From positions 22,134,001 to 22,198,000 of the forward strand of contig CM022672.1 in NCBI GenBank assembly GCA_012295275.1: DNA of 64,000 nt, read 5' to 3'. Both the position numbers and the translations under genes were made by a program. Origin of the DNA: Chrysomallon squamiferum. Taxonomy: Eukaryota > Animalia > Mollusca. The notes under the pieces are model-generated. The model did no database searches. It saw only the letters and a list, made by a program, of their open reading frames with translations, and was not told the origin of the DNA. Positions 52,901 to 64,000 of the stretch are shown here, in pieces (positions within the stretch are counted from its first letter, which is position 1; every line of letters begins with the position of its first letter).

Positions 52901-55221
52901 GACCATCATCATCACCACCGCTAGTATTCTCACTAACATTTACTACTACTACTACTACTACTGCCACAGTTTCTTGTTTTACTACACCTCTAATATACTA
53001 TACCAAAACTCATAACGATAAAAAAAACAAGGTCATAAATTCATGCAGTTTATATTGCTTCAAATGATAACGACCAATGCAACAGTGCAAATACTTTGTA
53101 CTCTGTGATTTACAATAACATTTAAGCCAGTAAAAACATTAAGGCAAATATTTCTGTCACAGTTCCTTCATTTAAGTTGTTTATTCCCTCGGAACGTTTT
53201 GCGTGATTCTCCTCATTAACTGTTTTGGAAAAATTGTCGATGTTATAATGATAACATGACATTTGCGATATTCTAGTCTTGCTGTTGTTTCGCGAATGCT
53301 GTTTTGGAATAATTCGACTTAAAGTACACACAGCACAGTGTCCTGTAGAGATTTTACTGGACTTCACGTTCCATGCTCTTGTTAATCCACACATCATACA
53401 CATCAAAATTTCATATTTCCATTTCTAAAACACACACACACATACACAATTACTCTCACTTTCTATAAATATATATTTTATTCACCTTGAAGACTAAACT
53501 CTGTACCCGCATGTATCCAAGTATTACACATGTATGTGTGTGTGTATATATATGTGTGTGTATATGTTTGTATGTATATATGTATGTATTCGTGTGTGTA
53601 TGTGTGTATGTGTTGTGTGCGCACGCGCGCTTTGAATGAATGTACATTTGCACGTATGATACGTATGAAAATATAGGATATGTGGAAAGACGGAGAAGCA
53701 TATGAAAAAAATATTACAATCTCCTGAGCTAAAGTTAAGCATTCATTCCTTAATCATCCACACGAGCCTACAGAGACGTACACACGCGCGCGCACGCACG
53801 CACGCACACACACGCAGACACACATTCAACAGACAAGACAACATACATTAACCGCCAAGATATACAATAAATGATGTACTTTTCTTGTTAATGACGTCAA
53901 GGCGCTTTAATACGCGGCGGACTTACAGATGATAGTCGGGTGTAATGTGGCGTGTAGTGCTGGGATAAAGAGATATTTCTTTATTGCTCCCAGTGTAAAT
54001 GTTTTCACAAGAAAAGCGACGGGGAGTCAACAATGCATCAGGCAGTCTTAATCAATAAAATATTCGTTTCTCTGGCCATTCATGCAAAAGCTGATTGATG
54101 CGGATTTGTTTGGGATCGCCGAAGCACAATTCAGTTACGCAGGGCCAAGATGCACTGCGAAGAAGTATTAGGAACGGAACGTAGACGGTCTCTGTGTCGA
54201 CAGTTATGTGATTATCTAGACCGGGGGTTAGAACGGTTGGGATTGATTCGTAAGATCAAATCCTCTCACTGCGTCTCCCTTACACACACACACACACACA
54301 CACACAGTCGTCAGCGATCCCTCGGTGGGCTACTTCCTGTTCCGTACCACGTGACGGTTTTACCACAGGCAGTGATTGGTGCGTTTGTTCCTGGGAAGGT
54401 TTATAGATGAGACGCGTTAATGCTAATTCATAAGGGTTTCCAGTTATGGGTTTATTTTAGCATAAAAATGTATGATTAAGATTTAATGCTAACGGTTTTG
54501 GTGTATTAAACATTGACCGTTTCTGTTTTTACGTAACTGATCATGTGGGTAAGCTGAAGGCTTATTGATATCAAAAACAAACAAACATTGTGTGATGCTG
54601 AAACCAAAAAAAAACCCACTCCAAATACATATAAAAACACAAGACAAACTGAAATTAATGCGAATTCTAAAAATACAGCGAAACATACCAAACACAACAT
54701 AATAATTACAATCAAATGTGTCATAAATACTGTTAAATACAATGAAAATACACCATAAATATGATTAACACAAGAAAAACAACATAAATGTTATCAAACA
54801 CAAAACACATTATAATTACTATCAAACACAAGAAGCACAATGTTAGTCCAGAGAGATAATAATAAGTATTTTCTAAATACGACACAAGAAACACAATATC
54901 AAACCACACTAAGAATAATGCCTATCTTCTAAATACGATAAAACAAACATTACAATGCGATCAAACAAAAGAAATACATCATAAATACAACCAAACACAA
55001 TGAATAAATACCTTCTACATAGAACAGGACACAAGAAACACATTACAATATGACCAAACACAACATCAAGCCATTCTAAGAATAATACATATCTATTAAC
55101 TATTACTAAACATAAAAAAATAATAATAATAAAAAAAACAAAAACAACAACAACATTACAATAACAAAAGAAACAAATTATAAATAAGACTAAAGAAATA
55201 CCTTATAAATACACAAGAAAC

Positions 55222-55390
55222 AGGACACAAGAAACACATGACAATACGAGCAAACACAAGAAACACATTACAATACGAGCAAACACAAGAATCACATTAC
55301 AATACGAGCAAACACAAGAATCACATTACAATACGAGCAAACACAAGAATCACATTACAATACGAGCAAACGCGAGAAACACAACATCAA
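55222..55390. repeat. Minisatellite, 29-bp unit, ~5 copies; related decayed copies from ~54620
   Basis: AAACACAAGAATCACATTACAATACGAGC tandem. The block ACAGGACACAAGAAACACAT...AAACACAACATCAAGCCAT also occurs at ~55024-55080. Confidence 0.9.
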
Positions 55391-55838
55391 GCCATACTAA
55401 GTGTAATAAGTCGCTGTAGATTTGTCACCAAGACGCAGCAGGAAGATGGTGGACAGTGTTTGATGGTATTGGGTGGCAGTAATCTTTATAAAGGTTTTCT
55501 ACGACTAATTGTTACGGTTTCCATGGCAGCCTTGAGTAAAATGATATGCGGAGATCGTGTGTAGAGTTGACAGAGCAGACTCTCAACGTCAGTTAAATAC
55601 ATCTGACGAAATGAAAGTCGCCACACAGTGAATATGAAATAAAACAGTAGTTGAAGAAAAGAAACAAACACGAAGGTGATTTTATTGATATTATACATTT
55701 GTTATTAACGATAATTAACATGTCTTTTATTTTTTTATTATTATTATTATTATTCTATTTTCCTTGTGTTTCTATGAGGGGTTTTTTATTGTTGTTGTTG
55801 TTGTTTTTATATTTGAATAGAATTTAAATTGTCCTTAT

Positions 55839-55895
<57 letters not shown>

Positions 55896-55986
55896 CTCTT
55901 TTTCTGTCTTTGGTTAACTGATAGTCATATGTTGTGTTTTCCCTTCGTTTCTTTTCTTTTCATTAGGCATTTCGTTTTCATTTCTG

Positions 55987-56022
<36 letters not shown>

Positions 56023-56032
56023 TATTTATTTA

Positions 56033-56086
<54 letters not shown>

Positions 56087-58023
56087 TTTTTTTTTTTTAT
56101 TTTTATTTATTTTTTAGGGCTGTATTTTTATGAGGATTCATTATCTGGTCTCATTTATTTCCCTCTCTTTCCCTAGTTTACATATTTTTTTCTGTTTTTA
56201 TATCGCATCTAGTATCGATGTATTTTAATATATTTCAGTAATGTACTGTGTCATCATAATATTTATTTATTCGAATTAAAAAACAAGGGACGTCATTGTT
56301 ATAATTAACGTGTTTTGGGAAAAAGACGAAAGATGAGATGTATATTTATCTTATCTTTTGCAAATGTCACATTTTCAAAAATTAACTTCAGAGGCGTTAC
56401 CATACAAAGACATGTAATTCGTTTGTTAAAATTGTTGTGTGTTTTATTTTATTTTTTTTGTCTTTTTGTTTCCGCTAGTACCTTAAAGATATTTTGTGAT
56501 TATAAATACACATACACTGATATATACATAGACAGAGAGATATACACATACATACGCACATGTGTTTTTTTATATATATACATACACACACACACACATA
56601 CACATCATTTACATATACATATACATATACATACATATGCACATGCATGGCAACATATTCACACATATAAACAAAATAAACAAAAAAAAACAAAAAAAAC
56701 GCTGATTTACGAGAGAGAAAAAATAAAATGTATGTACTTAATCACTCAAAACATGATGCTCACACGCAGAGCAGCATCCTAGTTCCTTATAAGTAAAGCC
56801 AACAATGACTGCATTCAGAATTTACCTTCCATTAGCAAAGTAAATTTGCACAGGCTTCGTAACGATTTATGCCCAACTGTTTATTTATCCAGGAATAAGT
56901 AAAAGTTATACTGTCACAGATAACATCACCGAGTACACACCGTAGGCTTTTCCTTTTTCGTTTTTTTTTTTTTTTTTTTGCTACGTATTCAATCTGTGAC
57001 GTCATCACGATTGTCATAATGGTAAGTGTTTTTAAAGCTAATCAATTTTTAAACAAAGATAAATGGAATAGGGCAGAATTTGTTTTGGCTGGTTAAGAAA
57101 GGAATCGATGACAAGTATTTATTTATTTTTCTTTTGTTCGTTGTCATTTAGGAAACTGAAATCGAGCTGAGTTCGGCTGAACGTCGTTATTGTAAGAAAT
57201 AATTAAGAAAACGTACACTGTTAGCAATATTTTTGGTTCGTTTAGATTTTTAAAGAATTTAAGCAAGCGAGGGGATAAGACGGTTTAGTTTTCCAATAGT
57301 TTTCTATTTAAACAGATTTTTAAAAGCGAGAACAATCTCTTTCTTTTATGTAATTTGATAATGGTTCGTTTGTACATTTTTAGATGCCGGTCGTAATTGT
57401 TACAAACATACGCAAGCATGCGAACCTCATTATGTGCGTCTGACGGTCTAGGATTGATTATATTGTGAAGAAAGTGAAAACAAAAAGTATAATTATAAGA
57501 ACTCTGTGTATATTTTATGTATATATTTATCTTGCACTTGGCTTATCAATTACTGTAAGCGCTTCATATATATAATATAAATTAAACCGTAACACAGAAA
57601 ATACTCATTCTGCATAGATTTATTGCCTTTATATTTTAATAGAAAAATATCTTCCATTTTGTTTTTATGTTGTTGTTTTTTTCCCCCTTTTTCTCATTTC
57701 TACTGTGTCTTTCTAACAATGCTGTCACCTCGCATTAAGATCTCATTCAACGACAGGGGGGAAAAAAAGTACTAACTGTCGTGTTTGTGTAACAGTTGTT
57801 TTATATCATTTTAACAACAAAAGCCGGAACTGGTTTTTTTTTTTTTTGCCGAACGTACGCGGTCCTCCATTACTCCGCACGACAACCAGCTGGTTTGTCT
57901 AGTGACGCTGACGTCCAGCCAAGACTGTTAATTCCATTTAACCATCAAAACGTTTCCTTTCAGGCAATCAAACAAGACACGTTCCAGTCTGCTAGGAAAA
58001 GAAACTGTCTGCGAGAGAAGTCT

Positions 58024-58443
58024 CTGGTGAGGTCACAATGCCTGGTGACGTCACAGTTCCTGGTGAGTTCTCAGTTCATGGTGAGGTCACGGCCTTCTGT
58101 AGGTCACAACTAGTCTGGTGAAAGTCACAGCGTGTATGTACGTCATAATGCAATGGTAACGCGCAAAGCCTGGTGCTGTTATAGTGCCTTGTGATGTCAC
58201 GTGGCATGGTTAGGTCACAGTATCAAGAAATGTTGTATTGTTTGGTTAGGTCACAGTATCAAGAAATGTTGTATTGTTTGGTTAGGTCACAGAGTCCGGA
58301 GTGATCACAGTGTCAGGTCAGGTTATATGTAAAGCGAGCTCAATTTCCTTGGTGTGATCACAGCGCATGGTGAGGTTATAGTGACCGGTGAGGTCTTAGT
58401 GACCGGTGACATCAGAATAGCTGGTGACGCCACAGTGTCTGGT
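58024..58443. repeat. Degenerate 18-bp minisatellite with GTGA(G/C)GTCAC core and an exact 36-bp dimer duplication
   Basis: CTGGTGAGGTCACARTKC units at 58024, 58042, 58060 and onward. TGGTTAGGTCACAGTATCAAGAAATGTTGTATTGTT occurs twice from 58207. Confidence 0.85.
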
Positions 58444-60215
58444 AAATTAAATTGTGTAAATACCAATACCAAATTCCTTTGCAAAGCTACAAAAGAAGTA
58501 TATATTTACCATTATTTACTATAAAAAGCGTCTGTTCATAATTATGTTCCTTTATTTAGTAGAATTTTACATTTTCAGATTTCAGTCTTCATTTCCATTT
58601 ACTGCTACTATAAACACAACAAACCTTTTAAACTAAAGCTTGAATTATATACACAGAAGTAATTAAACGATTACCAACATTCTGTAAAAAGCTATTTACC
58701 GTCATCATTCTGCGTCTGGGAAACAAAACTCTCATAGTAAAACGAGATTCGCCAAAGGACACACACAATCACTCGAAACTTTATGGTGCGAGTTTATCTA
58801 CTTTGTATGTTTACACCAAAATTCGTAATCCATATAATCGCAGATGAACATTTAGAGCCCTGAGCACCTTAATTACAGTCAACAAGACCTCTTCTGGACT
58901 CCCTGCAGCGTTATTCCTGATCTCATAACTGAAATATACCGCTAAGCCAACATAATTGGTAGATCTGGTCATTTCAGTCTGGTCTTCGTTTGACACCATC
59001 TAATTTATCAGCGAGAGTGTTTCCACAAGAAAAGTATAATTTTTTTACTGTCGGAAAATGCAGAAAACCAAAATATGAAAAAAACAAATTACGTCTTTTG
59101 TTTCTTCTCCGTGCAGTCAAGATACTGTAATATATATTTTTTTCAAATGTTTTTGACACTTTTGTGGATTTCGATCTTTTTCTTTAAGATTATTTTAAGT
59201 CAAGGAAGATCATGTGTATTATTTTTCCAGTAGGGAGAAGTTATATTTAATTTACTGTGGATAACGGATGAAATAAATATTATTATTAACGGTTTTCTTT
59301 TTCCTTTCCTAATAGTTTTGTTCAGCACAAATAATTTCAGATAGCTTGTGTTTCGTCACTGAAACGCTTTTAAATCAGTTTATGAGGTTGCAAACTACTT
59401 AATCATCTATATCTCTCTCTCATTCTGCGTGTACTTCTTTCTTTCTTTCTTTCCCTCTCTTTCTCCGTTTCTCACTGTATCTCTCACTCTTTAACATTAT
59501 CATATTCTTATTTTAATCAGCATATACGTACATATGTATGTATGTGTGTATATATTATGTATATATATTTTGTATATTTTGCAGAAGCAGCAGTATTAGA
59601 AATGGCAATAATGGCGGTGTTCTAGGAGTGATAATGAAGTATTAGATGTCGTAGTGGTGGTAATGACGGTAGTAACAACAGAAACAACAGTACCTCTCTC
59701 TCTCACTTTTTGTCTCGCTTTTTAATAATTACTATCTCCCTGACTTTTTGTTTTTTTGTTTTGTTTTATTTTCTACAGATCTTTTTTATTTTTTATTTTA
59801 TTTTTTTTTTTTTTTTTTTTTTTTTATTTCGTCTCTGTTCTCATCATAATCATCATCATCATCATTCACACCGTTCTTCTCATTTTCGCTCCAGACATTC
59901 CCGTCTCTCTGTAACAATGAGTAATCTCTTGCCATTGTTTTGTTTGTGAACGTGCAACCCAAGTTGGAAAACGAAGACCACTGGCAGTGACTCAGATGTA
60001 TGCGACTTTTAAACACCAATTACCTCAACCTATCTCCTGTCTCACCTTTCTACTTCAGAGAGGAAACGGAATTATTTCTTTAGGCAGAGAAGTAACAGAT
60101 ACAAGTGCACTAATATCGATTTCATTACAGTCGACTATATTGCGTCTTCCTAATTTTAGATAGTTGTAGTTTCTGAATTTTCAAAAATCAATTTAATGAT
60201 ATTTCGCTGAAGGTT

Positions 60216-60249
<34 letters not shown>

Positions 60250-60292
60250 ATGAATAACTGGGAAGGTATTTTTGTAGGTTTTTTTTTGTTTT

Positions 60293-60326
<34 letters not shown>

Positions 60327-61368
60327 AATGTAATTCTGATATATTATGCTGTTTGAAATAACTGGTAATATTGATTCACTAGTCTGGTGAACCGTTTTAT
60401 CCATTCACGATTCGAGAACTGAAAAGCTGAAAAGCATTAGAATAATTTATATGAATAATAATTGTTTGGCATTACATACACTGCTACATGTAGACACACA
60501 CACACACAGACACACACACATAGATACAGATATGGATATATATGTGTATGTATGTATGTACGTACGTATGCATATGTATGTTTGCATGCATATGTGTGTC
60601 TGTTTATCTATGTATCTCTATGTTTGTATGTATGTATGTGTGTATGTATGTATTGGTTTGTGTGTGTGTGTGTATATATATATATATTATTACTACTGCC
60701 TATTATTATTATTATTATTATATATACAAAACAAATATACATATACATACATGCATGCATACGTAGGTACATATATATACGCTTGCATGCATAAAATTAT
60801 GCAAGCTTCTTAACTACATTTGTGGATTTGTTTCTTGTTACATGATTTAGCATCATTATTATTATGATTAGCAGTTCCATTTTTATCCTTGTAATAAATA
60901 AAATAAAAAATTAAAAGAATTAAAAATCGATTTTTCTGTTCTTGTTAATCGTAATTTATTTAATAACTTTTAACCGTCGACTTTCACATTTTTATTCCAG
61001 CTACCTGCATGGTTACACGTACTGTTATTGATCAAAGCACATTATTATCGAAAGGATTGAGCTCACTTTTTCTTTTCTTATGTTTCAGCTTCAATCATTT
61101 TAAAAGGAAAATTGAATAATTTACAAACCACGCAAATTCCACATGGCGAATAGGCCATTAAATCGATCACGTGCCCTGTACATGTCTTCTTGGACTCGAC
61201 CGGTTCTCTGACAGTGCTCCGTGACGCTGTGTTCCTAATGGTACCGATGTACAGGTAACGGTTGACTGAATAACCGTCAAGAGGATTCTGAGGGACTATT
61301 ATTATTTTTTATTTTTTATTTTTTATATTTTTTGTATTTTATTTTTTATATTCTTTTATTTTAATTTT

Positions 61369-61427
<59 letters not shown>

Positions 61428-61534
61428 CTTAGAAATAATAAAATGTTCTAAAGGCGCAGTCATATTTGATGATTTGTACTAATGATCCGAAGTACCCTGT
61501 TTACACATTTTCGGTACGAAAACAAACCTGGGGG

Positions 61535-61539
<5 letters not shown>

Positions 61540-61603
<64 letters not shown>
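61540..61603. repeat. (CT)n microsatellite
   Basis: Perfect run. Confidence 0.95.
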
Positions 61604-61608
<5 letters not shown>

Positions 61609-61846
61609 TAAAGATGTAGTCTCATGCTGTATTTAGTCACATTCTTTTTAAATCATATAGATTAAAACGAACTTATACAGTGCTGTTCCAAAATGTATTC
61701 AAAAATGTAAATTATTACAAAATACATTATCGACAAATTGTACGTTAAGAGGACATAAAGCCGTACAAAACAGTATAATACACTTTGCAAAAATAGAAAT
61801 AATAATAATGATAATGACAGTAACAATAACAACAACAACAACAACA

Positions 61847-61894
<48 letters not shown>

Positions 61895-62439
61895 AATAAA
61901 TAAATAAATAATATATCTAAACATCAAAAACTGAAAAGTATGCTACAAATTTTTAAAATTTCACTCCAAGACCTCATATCACGGACTATAAACATGTTGT
62001 AATCTTCAGCACGGTTTTGTCGTGCAGGACTTAGATAATGAAGAAGTCTATTTGTTTTGAAAATAAACTGTGGTCCCGCACTAGAAATCAATAGTTAATA
62101 CTCCCGCTTTGGTACAGCGCCGACTACAAGTCTTGATCAGTTTACCCTGCCCTGCGAATAGCGCGGATATTAAAGTGTCGGAAATGCTTGATGAAAATGG
62201 CAAGCTATGAAGCGACAGGACCGTATCTAAGCATCATAATCGACGTCTATGGCTTTCTAAGTGACAATCAATTTCATCGAGATTTCGCAGACTCGCTGGC
62301 TTTCGACACGGATCGATAACTGATAGACTACGATTTCGTAGTACATAGGTCAGGCGGTTATTTTTTGGTTGTTTTTTTTTGTTCACACTCTACACGATTT
62401 GTACCTTTTCTCTGATGTTAAGATAACAATATAATAACG

Positions 62440-62960
62440 CAGTTAAAGAACTGACGTTAACAACGTAGCGTAATGTTCATTTATAAGGTCATCATGGTTT
62501 TTAACTTTGGACAAATCATTTTAACGCGAGGACATCGTAAAGATGACGTCAGAATGATAACATTTGGTGTGATGTCACAATATCAACACTACGTAATAAT
62601 GATACTAATACTGAACATACTACGACATTAACACTGAAAACATTATAGCCTTGACACTGAGGACACAATAAAGTTAAGATTAGGAACCACAATGTTAATA
62701 CTTAACATAATAGTGTCTCTTGATGACATCATAATGTTGACACTTGGTTACATCATAATGTCGACACTTGATGACGATATACAATTAACATTCGATGCAT
62801 CATAGCATTAATATGAGGAGACGATAACGTTAACTCGAGAACAGTACAGAGATAGCATTTAGAATATCACAACGTTAATGGTAAGAACATCATAAACGTA
62901 ATGCAGAGTATATTGGGAATACCATAAATTTAACGTCGAGCACCATATAATATCAACGTG
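62440..62960. repeat. Highly decayed ~24-25-bp minisatellite
   Basis: Recurrent ACATCATAATGTTRACACTTGA-like units, clearest at 62726-62772. Confidence 0.55.
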
Positions 62961-64000
62961 ACTTCGTAACGTTCGCTACAGACAGCATGTCTTTTAAAAG
63001 CAGTTTATTGGTATTCGGAGAAATAGATATTGACCAAAATATCTTGGATGGTCAGAATGATTCAACGATGATGATTTTATGGAAAAAGTATTGATACGGT
63101 CTACTTAGATAGGGAAAAGTGATAAATTTTCCGTGAATAGAGAGTATACATCTCCCTAGAGAACTTGCACAATGAAATGGTTTATATCGGTAGATGTTTT
63201 AATTTTCCCTGGTCTCGCGATGATATACAGACAAACGAACTTTGAGGTCAGCTAGGAATAAATATTGCCTCTTTTTACTGTACCAAAAAGCTGTAATATT
63301 TATATGTACTTTTGAATGTATGTAAACATATACTGTGTATGTATGTGTTTGTAATATGCATTTATGTATGCATATTTGTTCCTACGTACGTATATATGTG
63401 TGTGTGTGTGTGTGTGTGTTTGTGTTTCAGTTTGTATGTATGCGTGTGTGTATGTGTACATATGTAAACGTATGAATGTATGTATATATATGTATGAATA
63501 TATGTATGTATGACTGTATGTATGTATATGTGTGTATGCACGAATGTTTTGGATGCGGGGTGATTAACATGGAAGTATATGGAACATAGTCTTCGTGATA
63601 TATATTTAATTTGTTCTTATGTCTTAGCTGGGGTGTTTACCAAATATTTTCATCTGTATGAAATATTGTACTAATGTATATTTTTTGAAAACATTACCAA
63701 AATATAAAATCCAAAAAAGTCTGCATGAAGCAAACTGTCAACTGAAAGTCACCACGATGTCATGGTTAGATTTGTGTGCGTCCATTATCAACCACACGCC
63801 AATTCCGTGGTCCTGTCACGACCCTTTGTTCTTCATCTTCATCAAACGACGATATATCAGTGATATGATTTATTATCGGAACAAGTTCCAATATAAATAT
63901 CATCCGGATTTTGACCTTTTGACCTCTTTTCGTCCGCACGTGCTCTCGTTCTGTTGTTTTGGAGAGGACGGCTGTTTGATAGTAATACGTTGTGAGAGGA

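Noticed and set aside
61089-61254. Plus-strand exon-like segment (TTTCAG|...CAG|GTAACG)
   Set aside because: Stops in all three frames and no supporting neighbours. It could be a non-coding exon but cannot be supported from sequence alone.

Overview
This is an AT-rich, microsatellite-saturated stretch of an animal genome. It is probably a mollusc: decayed tRNA-SINE fragments resemble gastropod SINEs I recall, which I cannot verify here. Almost every ORF in the supplied track is a translated simple repeat, and no complete gene is visible. The one convincing coding signal is a short GC-rich minus-strand exon at 45555-45633 (MSTPRYYMYDASDEGEEEWGPQYEDE plus a phase-1 GTACGT donor), just downstream of a CpG-rich promoter-like island (~45990-46340). 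Positions 1-45554 are therefore probably one very long intron. Other features are a 443-bp hAT MITE with an 8-bp target-site duplication (TSD) at 36069-36511, several SINE remnants, a degenerate foldback element and about ten unrelated minisatellite or short tandem-duplication arrays. Two structures stand out. The first is a terminally redundant, apparently circularly permuted tRNA-derived Pol III element with a 319-bp period (15951-16317). The second is a ~190-bp duplicate (40719-40905) of a segment beside the exon (45687-45890) whose ends nearly coincide with AG/GT splice signals. No CRISPR array, rRNA, intact tRNA or transposase was found.
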